Shown: in pieces, positions 27,887 to 36,432 of the stretch
Numbering within the stretch: the first letter of the stretch is position 1
Layout: each line of letters begins with the position of its first letter
Source of the DNA: an uncultured delta proteobacterium
Lineage (GTDB): Bacteria > Desulfobacterota > Binatia > UBA9968
Assembly: GCA_963727625.1 (NCBI GenBank)
Contig: CAVSHR010000005.1
Location: forward strand, 384,001-448,000
Direction of reading: 5' to 3'
Length of the DNA stretch: 64,000 bases
Notes under the pieces: model-generated
The model's database searches: none
What the model was told of the DNA's origin: nothing
The model's input: the letters and a program-made list of their open reading frames with translations, nothing else
Program-made: the position numbers and the translations under genes

Positions 27887-29609
27887 ACGCACCTGGATTT
27901 TCAACGTCGCTTTCCTGTTGGCGCTCTGCTTTATTCTTCTGTTTTGGGAATTGGGTGATCTGCCGTTTTTCAATCGCGGCGAGCCGCGCGAAGGCCTGGT
28001 CGTTTGGGAAATGTACCATTCGGGCGATTGGATTCTTCCGGCCGTCAACGGCGATTATATCCCCTTCAAGCCGCCTTTGTTTCACTGGTTCGCTCTGATC
28101 CTTGGCCACCTCTTCGGCCAAATCAATGAGTTTACCCTGCGCCTGCCGTCCGCGCTGTTTGCTACACTGGGCGTGCTGATGACCTACATCGCAGGAGCGC
28201 GCCTATGGGGCGAAAGAGCGGGCGTCATCGCCGGCGTAGTTCTGGCGACCTGCGTCGAGTGGTGGAATGCGGGTGCCGACACACAGGTGGACATGACCTT
28301 GGCGTTTTTCATCAGCGCGGCCTGTTTGTATTTCTATTATCTTTACACCCGGCAAGATTTTGGCTTGCTGAAATGTTTAGGCCTGCCGTTACTCTTGGGA
28401 CTCGCCACCTTGGCCAAAGGTCCGGTCGGATTGGCGGTTCCGTCTATGGTCATTTTGGCGTTTCTCTGCGCCCGACGCGACTTTACCTTCGTAAAAAAAC
28501 TTCATCTTTTCGCCAGCGCCGCGGTTTTTCTTACCGTTGCGGGCTCGTGGTACGCTCTTGCCTTGTGGCAGGGCGGCTGGCCATTTTTTCTCCGCCAAAT
28601 CATCAATGAAACCCTGCTGACCGCAGTTGGGAGTTACGGCCATCACCAGCCGATCTATTACTATGTTCCGATCTTTTTTCAGAACACCATGCCGTGGAGT
28701 TTTTTCTTCCCCGCCCTTGGGCTCTACCTTTACCGACAGCGCCGGCAGTTTTCGCACGAGCACCTGCTCTTTCCGTCCATCTGGCTGATCACGGTCCTGG
28801 TCTTTTTTTCGCTCTCGCTGGGAAAAAGGGGCGTGTATATTTTGCCGCTCTACCCGGCTTTTGCGCTGCTCATTGGCGCCTGGTGGCAGCGACTCGGTGA
28901 AGGAAAGCCCGATAATCATCGATTCACAAGCTGGATCGGCGGGTTCGTCGCGATCTCTTACGCAACCGGGCTAGCGGCGCTTTGCCTTTACATCGCGGGA
29001 CAGAACGGCTTGGCAAATCCGCGGCTCTTCGCTGCCCTGACACAATTCAAAAACGTGAGGCAAATTCTGGGTTTTCTCACACCACCCTCGCCGATCGTGG
29101 TCGCGTGCCTGATGCTCTTTACGGCGGCCCTATTTTGCCTGATCTGGGCGCTCTCCAAGAAAAACTGGCAGATTATTTTCGCCTCCCTCACTGGGATCGC
29201 GGTCGCCATCTCCATAGCCATGAAGAGCGCGATTTTTCCACCGATCGCCTTCGCGCGTACGCTGAAGCCGTTTATGGAGCGCGTGACTGAAAAGGTTGAT
29301 CCGAAGCTCCCGCTGCTTTTTTTCCGCGGCTTTGATTATGGCACGGTCTTTTATTCCCACCGCCACGTTCCACCCTATGCGCGCAAAGCTGCTGAATTGA
29401 AACCGCCCTTTTTTCTTTTAATGTGGGAGGAAGACTGGCAGGCCTTGCGCGGCCGAAACGACCTCAAAATGATGGACATCAGCGAGGGGCGCACCGCCGT
29501 GGGAAAACACCGGTTGGTTTTGGTGCGATACCAACCAAACGAAGATTCGGCGCCCCGGCCTTTGCCAGTTTATCGCCGCCAAAAGGATTCAGACGCTATC
29601 GGCGATTGA
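27864..29609 (+). CDS. arnT: ArnT-like GT-C glycosyltransferase 2
   Basis: RGEPRE, FKPPLFHW, LRLPSAL, QVDMTL, LAKGPVG, GKRGVYILPLYP. GTG start overlaps the end of asnB. Confidence 0.85.
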   Translation: MAEISPAKRTWIFNVAFLLALCFILLFWELGDLPFFNRGEPREGLVVWEMYHSGDWILPAVNGDYIPFKPPLFHWFALILGHLFGQINEFTLRLPSALFATLGVLMTYIAGARLWGERAGVIAGVVLATCVEWWNAGADTQVDMTLAFFISAACLYFYYLYTRQDFGLLKCLGLPLLLGLATLAKGPVGLAVPSMVILAFLCARRDFTFVKKLHLFASAAVFLTVAGSWYALALWQGGWPFFLRQIINETLLTAVGSYGHHQPIYYYVPIFFQNTMPWSFFFPALGLYLYRQRRQFSHEHLLFPSIWLITVLVFFSLSLGKRGVYILPLYPAFALLIGAWWQRLGEGKPDNHRFTSWIGGFVAISYATGLAALCLYIAGQNGLANPRLFAALTQFKNVRQILGFLTPPSPIVVACLMLFTAALFCLIWALSKKNWQIIFASLTGIAVAISIAMKSAIFPPIAFARTLKPFMERVTEKVDPKLPLLFFRGFDYGTVFYSHRHVPPYARKAAELKPPFFLLMWEEDWQALRGRNDLKMMDISEGRTAVGKHRLVLVRYQPNEDSAPRPLPVYRRQKDSDAIGD

Positions 29610-29637
29610 AGCGACCTCGCGGGAAGGAAACCTCTCG

Positions 29638-30072
29638 TTAGTGGACGATCAAACCGTCGATCGACAAAGCCCCAGCGCCCCCGATAACCAAAGCGAGCGA
29701 GATCAGCACAAGCGCCAGAGTATATTCGATACCGCTTCCCCTGCCCGGCCCGGACGCGAGAAAGAAACCGTTGTTCCAATGGCCGAGAACCAAAGCGAAG
29801 CTGATAAATACCGCCAGCCCAAAGGCCGCCGGCCGTACTAAGAAACCGAGCGCCATCGATACCACGGCGAACAATTCGATACATAGAGCAAAATACCCCA
29901 TGGGTAAGGGAATGTGGTACTTGTCGCGCCAGTTGCTCACTTGCGCATTGGCGCCTTTGCCGCCGTGCCAGCCAAACGCATGCTGCGTGCCGTGCATGAA
30001 AAAGGTCACCGCCAAGCCGAACCGCAAGATGACATAGGAAAACGACCCGTCAGTTTGGAACAGCCAGTCCAC
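29638..30072 (-). CDS. DoxX family membrane protein
   Basis: ILRFGLAVTFFMHGTQHAFGWHGG, GIEYTLAL, GAGALSID. Confidence 0.9.
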   Translation of the reverse strand: MDWLFQTDGSFSYVILRFGLAVTFFMHGTQHAFGWHGGKGANAQVSNWRDKYHIPLPMGYFALCIELFAVVSMALGFLVRPAAFGLAVFISFALVLGHWNNGFFLASGPGRGSGIEYTLALVLISLALVIGGAGALSIDGLIVH

Positions 30073-30340
30073 GTTGCCCTCCGAATTTCTATTTGAACCT
30101 TTGCGAAAAAGCCCGCGAGCCCGTCACAAGAAAATCTTTATCAATATATTTTTCTTTTGCCGCCGACCATAGCAGAAATCATCGGGAGAACGCAAAACCT
30201 CGACGGTAGCCCGAGCCCTTGACGCAGCGCTCAACCCTGTATTAATTCTCGAGTAAAAGATCCCGGAGGTCATTTACCCGCGTCGGTTCGCTCGCCATGA
30301 TTGAGATCGCGCCGGTTGACCGCTGCGGCAGCCAAAGGTT

Positions 30341-31408
30341 ATGCAAATCATCGATGCCGACGGCCATATCAACGATCACGTTTGCGGTGAAGAAATCGCG
30401 CGCTACCTGCCCAAGGGGAATCAGATGGCGAAGCTCTTCCCCGAGTTCGACCACCTGCATTTTCGCTACTTAAAACAAAACCGCCGCGCCACCGGCAATC
30501 CATCATCGCACGATTGGAATGCGTTTCTCGATCAGACCGGCATCGCCTGGACCGTGCTCTACCCTACCGCCGGTCTCGCAGTCGGCCGAATCATGGCGCC
30601 GGATTGGGCCGTGGCGGCGTGCCAAGCTTACAACAATTGGCTGCATAACAAATTTGTCGGCAAGAATCCCCGGCTCAAAGGTATGGCGCTGATCCCGTTC
30701 CAGGACGTCGGTGCCGCGATCGAAGAGTTGCGCCGCTCGGTCAAAGAGCTGGGCATGCTCGGCGCCATGCTGCCATCCAACGGTGAAGCCATTCAAGGAC
30801 ACCTGGGCAATAAAATTTATTGGCCGCTGTACCTAGAAGCGGAAAAGCTCGGCTGCGCTCTCGCCGTCCATGTCGGCTGCCTTCATCACATGGGATTGGA
30901 CTCGTTCGCGACGTACTATCCGGCGCACGCGCTCGGCCATCCGTTCAGCTTGATGATTCAGGCCGGCGCCATGCTGGCCCACGGCGTGTTCGATCGCTTC
31001 CCCAATTTGCGCGTGGCCTTCCTCGAAGGCGGCGCCAGTTGGGTGCCGTTCATGATGGACCGCCTCGATCGCTCCTATCACGACGGTCACAAGCAGCTGA
31101 CTTTAAACGGCGAGCTGATCGGCGGGCCGAAGCAAGGCGAGAAAGCGAGCGACTACTTCAATAAACAGCTGCGCGAAGGACGCATCTTCGTCGGCTTCGA
31201 CTGCGATGACGACGGTTTGAACACGGCGGTAGCCAAAGGCGGCCGCCAATCCTTTCTCTTCGGCAGCGATTTTCCCCACGAAGTGTTCGACGCAGCGAAA
31301 TGCCGCCATGAAATCGATGAGCTGCTCGAACGGCAGGATCTCAGGAAGGCGGATAAGGAAGCGGTCTTGGGCGGCAACGCGCGAAATTTTTATCGTCCGC
31401 CTTTATAA
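30341..31408 (+). CDS. Amidohydrolase_2 family protein
   Basis: IIDADGH, LAVH, GVFDRFPNLRVAFLEGG, FGSDFPHE. Confidence 0.9.
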   Translation: MQIIDADGHINDHVCGEEIARYLPKGNQMAKLFPEFDHLHFRYLKQNRRATGNPSSHDWNAFLDQTGIAWTVLYPTAGLAVGRIMAPDWAVAACQAYNNWLHNKFVGKNPRLKGMALIPFQDVGAAIEELRRSVKELGMLGAMLPSNGEAIQGHLGNKIYWPLYLEAEKLGCALAVHVGCLHHMGLDSFATYYPAHALGHPFSLMIQAGAMLAHGVFDRFPNLRVAFLEGGASWVPFMMDRLDRSYHDGHKQLTLNGELIGGPKQGEKASDYFNKQLREGRIFVGFDCDDDGLNTAVAKGGRQSFLFGSDFPHEVFDAAKCRHEIDELLERQDLRKADKEAVLGGNARNFYRPPL

Positions 31409-31444
31409 CGGCAAGGGAATTCCACGGCAACTTTCCCGGTACGG

Positions 31445-31710
31445 TAGAGTCGCGACCAAGTGGACGGCGAAGTAATTCAAACGTAACGATCCGGTCTTTC
31501 TTGAAGAAATGTATGCCATCGCCATCCGCTGCATCGAGAAAACGCCGAGAGTCGACACGCGCAACGTTTTCACAACCCTGGAATTCGAGCCGGTTAAGGG
31601 GGGTCGATGCGGATACGCTCGCCCCTAAAGTCATAGGCAACCGCTTTGTCTACCAGCTGGTCAAAGAAGGTTTCATCGAAAAAGTTTTCGCCAGAGCCGC
31701 GCGCCAGGAA
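31445..31710 (+). pseudogene. 3' fragment of an ABC solute-binding protein gene
   Basis: Reads KWTAK*FKRNDPVFLEEMY...EKTPRVD...EFEPVKG, frameshifts in a G run, then VDADTLAPKVIGNRFVYQLVKEGFIEKVF, like the end of 43100-44083. Confidence 0.6.
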
Positions 31711-31844
31711 GAACTGCCGAGGAAAACAGCCGGCGGCGACGGCGCTTCTGCGCTCGCCGGCGATAGAGCGAGCGCCGTCGACACCGGGGCGCTGAAACAG
31801 TTCCTGGGAAGCCCATTAAAAAGATACCCGAACGACGTTGCGTG

Positions 31845-32000
31845 TATCCCCGTGGCATTGCTCGCGTTGTTTTTTGCCCAGCCGCTGCGCGTCCAAGAGT
31901 TAAAGAAAGTCCGCATCGGCTATCCCGCTTTCAGTCTTACCTTTCTCACTTTTTCCGTCGCCAAAGACGTGGGAATTCATAAAAAGCAAGGCTTACGCCA
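31845..32000 (+). pseudogene. 5' fragment of an ABC solute-binding protein gene
   Basis: Signal-like IPVALLALFFAQP plus QELKKVRIGYPAFSLTFLTFSVAKDVGIHKKQGL, after which similarity stops. Confidence 0.55.
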
Positions 32001-32100
32001 CCCAACTGATTCCGACTCCCGTGCCGGCGGCGTAGGTGATCGATGATATCTTCATAGACGAGGTTCTTAAGGAACGAAAATAGCAGAAAAGGAGCTGAAC

Positions 32101-32769
32101 GTGGCAAGTCAGGTGTTTGTCGATTCGGTAATCAAGGAAATCGTTCAACCGGGGGTGGACCAGTTGATGGAACTGCCCTATTTCACCGAGCTGCGCAGCG
32201 GGAAACTGTCAATCAAACGGCTGCGAGGCTGGGCGCTGCAGCACTACCTTCACAACGTTGCTTTGCTCAAAGGCTTTGCCCTTTGCATGGTCAAGAACAG
32301 CCACGACCCCGAGCTTTTTAAGTACTTCCTTTACCAGTTGAATGAAGAGCAATATCACCCTGACCTGGCGAAAAAATTCGGTTTGGCGATCGGCTTGCAA
32401 AATGAAGACTTCGATAAAGCGTTGCCTATTTTTGAATGTTTGAGCCACACCGCGAAAACTATCCACGGCATGCTCTTGGGTTCGGCGTCGGAAAATCGCG
32501 CCTCGGCGCTGGTCAATGAAACCATGGTTTGTCGCTACTCAGAGGAACATATCAAGGCATTGCGCCAACACTACGGTCTCAATGACAAACAAATTCAATT
32601 TTTCACCGTTCACGCGATCGCCGATCAGGAGCATACGGCGATGGCCGGCGAAGTAATCGCCAAGCTCGCCGACACAGAGCATCAGCAAGAGCTCGTGCGC
32701 CAAGCCGCGCGCTACATGGTGCGTTATAAAATCGCCAAGTTCGATGGCATCTATAACGCGTATGCGTGA
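32101..32769 (+). CDS. Heme-oxygenase-like diiron oxidase (CADD/PqqC/TenA fold)
   Basis: NEEQYH, VNE, FFTVHAIADQEH ligand pattern; AAGGAG RBS with GTG start. Confidence 0.82.
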   Translation: MASQVFVDSVIKEIVQPGVDQLMELPYFTELRSGKLSIKRLRGWALQHYLHNVALLKGFALCMVKNSHDPELFKYFLYQLNEEQYHPDLAKKFGLAIGLQNEDFDKALPIFECLSHTAKTIHGMLLGSASENRASALVNETMVCRYSEEHIKALRQHYGLNDKQIQFFTVHAIADQEHTAMAGEVIAKLADTEHQQELVRQAARYMVRYKIAKFDGIYNAYA

Positions 32770-32782
32770 AGCTGATAAAAAC

Positions 32783-32832
32783 CGTGATCGTGTTCGTGAA
32801 AAATGCTCGGACGAATCACCGGCACGAGCACG
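32783..32832. repeat. Short CGTGCTCGTG-type palindrome
   Basis: cgtgatcgtg ... cacgagcacg (one mismatch). Confidence 0.45.
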
Positions 32833-32883
32833 AATTTGGTGATTAGAAGCAGTGGATTCAATTCAAGAAACGAAAGGCCAAAC

Positions 32884-33879
32884 ATGGCGATGTTAACTCT
32901 CGACCTCGGTTGCGGCGACTACGACATCGTCCGGGCGCTCAAAGACGGCAACGTGCGCGCCGAAGGGATGGAAATCAACTTCATCCCTATCAACAAACCG
33001 CCGGAAGTGCATTGGCGCATGGGGATGCACAACGAATTCGACGCCGCCGAAATGTCCTTCGGCAGCTTTGTCGCCGGCAAGGCGCGCGGCGACTTTCCCT
33101 TTGTCGGCATTCCCGCGTTCGTCTACCGCAAATTCCGCCACTCCTGCGCTTATGTGAACGTCAACGCCGGAATCAACAAGCCTGAAGATCTGAAAGGCCG
33201 GCGCGTCGGCGTGCCGGAGTGGCAGATGACCGCGACGGTCTGGCTGCGCGGCTTTTTACAGGACGACTACGGCGTCCGCCCGAGCGACGTGCACTGGCTC
33301 ACCGGCGGGCTGGAATCGTCCGAGCGCAAAGAGAAAGTAGCACTGACGCTGCCGCCGGAAATCAAAATTGAAAACATCGCGTCGGGAAAAACCCTTTCGG
33401 ACATGTTGATGAGCGGCGAGATCGACGCTTTGCTCACCGCCCAGGTCCCGGCGCCCTACGTCAAGCGCGCGCCGCAAGTGCGCCGTCTGTTCGCCGACAC
33501 GCGCCAGGTAGAGGCGGATCATTTTCTCCGCACCCGTATCTTTCCGATCATGCACGTCATGATCATTCGCGAAGAGTTTTACAAACGCCACCCTTGGGTG
33601 GCGCAAAGCCTTTATAAGGCTCTGCTCGACGCCAAGGAGCACTGCATCGACGCCGTTTTTAAGAACGACGCGATCCATTCGGTTTTGCCTTGGGCGGGTC
33701 CGCACGCCGAAGAGGTGAGAAAACTCATGGGGCAAAATTTCTGGCCCTATGGCGTCGAGGCCAATCGCAAGACTTTGGAAACTTTCCTACGCTATAGTTT
33801 CGAGCAAGGCCTGACGAGGCGACTGCTGAGCGCCGACGAGCTCTTTGCCAAGGAAACCTTGGATACTTTTCACGTCTAG
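32884..33879 (+). CDS. 4,5-dihydroxyphthalate decarboxylase (Pht5/OphC)-like SBP-fold protein
   Basis: LTLDLGCGDYDIVRALKDG, FDAAEMS, RKFRHS, DLKGRRVGVPEWQMTATVWLRG, IFPIMH, FWPYGVEANRKTLE; no signal peptide. Confidence 0.8.
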   Translation: MAMLTLDLGCGDYDIVRALKDGNVRAEGMEINFIPINKPPEVHWRMGMHNEFDAAEMSFGSFVAGKARGDFPFVGIPAFVYRKFRHSCAYVNVNAGINKPEDLKGRRVGVPEWQMTATVWLRGFLQDDYGVRPSDVHWLTGGLESSERKEKVALTLPPEIKIENIASGKTLSDMLMSGEIDALLTAQVPAPYVKRAPQVRRLFADTRQVEADHFLRTRIFPIMHVMIIREEFYKRHPWVAQSLYKALLDAKEHCIDAVFKNDAIHSVLPWAGPHAEEVRKLMGQNFWPYGVEANRKTLETFLRYSFEQGLTRRLLSADELFAKETLDTFHV

Positions 33880-34206
33880 CCGGCGCGCGCCGACGTTTCG
33901 ATCCACCCTCTTGCGACCGCGAGTTCGAGCCAGGACCAATGCCGCGACTTGCCGCTGTCCTGGGCGCTTACGCGTCACAGCAAGAATTACCTTCTCGCTC
34001 CTTTAACGGATGGATCGCGGACAAACAAACCCTGTTCAGCCTGCAGTCGCGAAGGGAAGAGCGCCGAGCATACCACCAAGCGTTTACGGCAGAATTGACC
34101 GAATGGCGTTACTTCACCTCGCTCCCGGTCTACCCTGCCCCCGTTCCTCATCGTAATTTTTCAGACATCTGATGACAGGCGGTACTATTCGCAGATATTC
34201 GCGACC

Positions 34207-34222
34207 CGGCATGGCTCCTGCT
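34207..34222 (+). promoter_or_regulatory. Putative sigma54 -24/-12 promoter
   Basis: CGGCATGGCTCCTGCT with GG-N10-GC spacing. Confidence 0.4.
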
Positions 34223-34306
34223 CTATGGAGAATCAGGGACGCCAAAGCGAATTAACACGAACTTACATTACAATCTTCAAAGACAGGATCCAAAGGAGGG
34301 ACAAAG

Positions 34307-34504
34307 ATGAAAACGACGGAACACGAAATGGATAAACGGAGTTATTGGCAACTGATATTCACGCAGAGCAAAGTCAACGGGGCGCCCTACAGCGGCGACG
34401 AACTGCCGGGGCGCCACTGGGAGTGGCCGCGAGACACCTACCTGCAACGCCGTCTACGGAATCAACGATTCTTTCGGCCCCCGGAACAGTTAAATCTAAA
34501 TTAG
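34307..34504 (+). CDS. Small 65-aa protein, unknown function
   Basis: Strong AAGGAGG RBS, own putative promoter and terminator. Confidence 0.55.
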   Translation: MKTTEHEMDKRSYWQLIFTQSKVNGAPYSGDELPGRHWEWPRDTYLQRRLRNQRFFRPPEQLNLN

Positions 34505-34587
34505 CTAGCCGCGTCCCGCGCTGCCTCCTTCAGCACAGCTCCCACGGGACAGCGGCCGCCACTGAGCTCCCGTCACGTTCAGTGGCA

Positions 34588-34625
34588 CGAGGCCAGACTC
34601 GAAAGAGTCTGGCCTCGTTTTTTTT
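34588..34625 (+). terminator. Rho-independent terminator
   Basis: Perfect 13-bp stem cgaggccagactc / gagtctggcctcg, GAAA tetraloop, 8 T. Confidence 0.9.
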
Positions 34626-34752
34626 CAGCAACGAGGCACGGAACACTAGCGCCGTTACCGACCACCTTCAAAAGCCGGATGAACAGACAGGTTTAGAAGG
34701 CGCATAAGGGACCAGGCCGAAATGGGCGTTCGCGGACACACTGCAATACTGG

Positions 34753-36171
34753 TCAACTAAACAACTCTTTCTTCCATTTTTCGATCACTGCGCGCTGACG
34801 CTCGGCGCTGATCTCGGCCGCGGGTGGAAATTTATCGCGCCATTCAAAGGGCCGGCACGCGTCAATGATCATACGCGAGCTGAAGCCTTTGCGCTCCCGC
34901 GGAATGATCGGATCCAGCGGCCCGCTCCAGCAGCGCCGGATAATTTCCGCGGCATCCACCGGATCGGCGCGGCTGCACATGGCCCACAACACGTCGCTGA
35001 TATCGTAGGCGTCGATGTCGTCGTCGACCACCACCACATACCGGCCTAGATAGGCCGCCCCCTGGCATTGACTGGCGACAAACCCGGCTTGGCGTGCGTG
35101 GCCGGGGTAGCGCTGGCGGATTGCAATCACTGTGAGAAAACGGCGGAAGTAGCTCGCCACCGCTTGAATGTCGGGCACACCGGCTTTCTCCACCTGGTCG
35201 CGAATGTACGCCGCGCGCAAGAGCTCATAGCAGTGCTCGGCCCGCGCCGTTGGCCGATACTCCGGCGAGGCGGTGATGATCGGGTCGTTGCGATGGTACA
35301 GCCGGTGCACTTTGATCAGCGGTTCGAGTTTTTCACCGCTGGCGTAGTACCCGGTCCACTCGCTGAAAGGCCCTTCCGATTTGCCTTGGTCCGGCAGGAA
35401 TTCACCCTCGATCGCGATCTCCGCGTAAGCGGGAATCGGCAAGCCGGTAACTTCGCCTTCGATCACCTCGACGGGCTCGCCTTTGATGCCGCCGACGGCG
35501 TCGAATTCGCTGCGGCCATAAGGTTCGGGCCGCGTCGCGATCATGTGCAGCAGCGGATCGACGCCGAAGCAGGCCACCACCGGGCAAGGCGTGCCGCGGT
35601 CGAAATATTTTTGCCGATGCAGTCTGCCATGCTTGCCCGGAGAGATATTCATCCCCACGGAGTTTCGATCGTGCACCATCGCCCGGTAGCAGCCGACGTT
35701 GACCCAGCCTTCGTCAGGATCCCGCGTGATGACCACATGGCCGGTGCCGAGATAACGGCCGCCATCGCGCTCGTGCCAGAATGGAACGGGAAATTTAAAC
35801 AGATCAATATCGTCGCCACTGAAAATATTTTCCAGCACCGGGCCGCTCTTGACCATCGCCGGTGGAATATACGCCGGCCGTGCCAAACGCTCGCGCCAGG
35901 CTCCAATGAAACCTTCGCGCGTGATGTCGAGCGGTAAATTAGTCGTCAGTGCCGAGCGCTTCAGGCTCTCGAAGAATCCGACGAGAATGCGGTAACCGGC
36001 GGGATAATCCTTGATCTCGTCGAAGAGCAGCGCCGGGCTGTTTTCTTTATGCTTGGACGCGAGCACCGAGAGAGCGCCGATTTCTAAATTCCAATCCGCG
36101 CCGCGGATCACTTTGAGCTCGCCGAGTTCGTCGACATTTTGAATCCACTCCCTGACGTCTTTGTAACTCAT
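34753..36171 (-). CDS. UbiD-family (prFMN-dependent) decarboxylase
   Basis: PALLFDEIKDYP, HERDGGRYLGT, NVGCYR, EGPFSEWTGYY, VVVVDDDID, MIIDACRP. Confidence 0.93.
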   Translation of the reverse strand: MSYKDVREWIQNVDELGELKVIRGADWNLEIGALSVLASKHKENSPALLFDEIKDYPAGYRILVGFFESLKRSALTTNLPLDITREGFIGAWRERLARPAYIPPAMVKSGPVLENIFSGDDIDLFKFPVPFWHERDGGRYLGTGHVVITRDPDEGWVNVGCYRAMVHDRNSVGMNISPGKHGRLHRQKYFDRGTPCPVVACFGVDPLLHMIATRPEPYGRSEFDAVGGIKGEPVEVIEGEVTGLPIPAYAEIAIEGEFLPDQGKSEGPFSEWTGYYASGEKLEPLIKVHRLYHRNDPIITASPEYRPTARAEHCYELLRAAYIRDQVEKAGVPDIQAVASYFRRFLTVIAIRQRYPGHARQAGFVASQCQGAAYLGRYVVVVDDDIDAYDISDVLWAMCSRADPVDAAEIIRRCWSGPLDPIIPRERKGFSSRMIIDACRPFEWRDKFPPAAEISAERQRAVIEKWKKELFS

Positions 36172-36272
36172 CGGTTGCCTCCAGCAGCACCAGAACTACG
36201 AATTCGCCTGTCGCTTTGCAAGCGCGCCATAAAATTGCTAACCCGGGCAGCTTGGAGGAAGCTTGTAACGAT

Positions 36273-36430
36273 AGGGTCGAGGCGCTGTCGCACGACGGCT
36301 TCGTCGACGACGAGTCGCTGCAAGCCGCCATCGACGAAGCCACGAGCTTGGCAAGATCACCAAGCCGATCAAGCTAGCGGACGTGGTCGATGACAGTTTT
36401 TTGCGCGCCGCGGTGAAAAAGTCGCGGGCG
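36273..36430 (+). pseudogene. 3' fragment of an ABC solute-binding protein gene
   Basis: VEALSHDGFVDDESLQAAIDEA, frameshift, ELGKITKPIKLADVVDDSFLRAAVKK. Confidence 0.55.
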
Positions 36431-36432
36431 GC

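Noticed and set aside
31501-32046. 181-aa ORF as a real gene
   Set aside because: A chance fusion of two SBP relics (a C-terminus followed by an N-terminus).
33900-34130. Possible TPR-repeat gene relic (RDLPLSWALT)
   Set aside because: Similarity is too short to support without a search.
34307-34504. RiPP precursor for the nearby diiron oxidase
   Set aside because: No leader/core pattern, no RRE, protease or exporter, and it has its own promoter and terminator.
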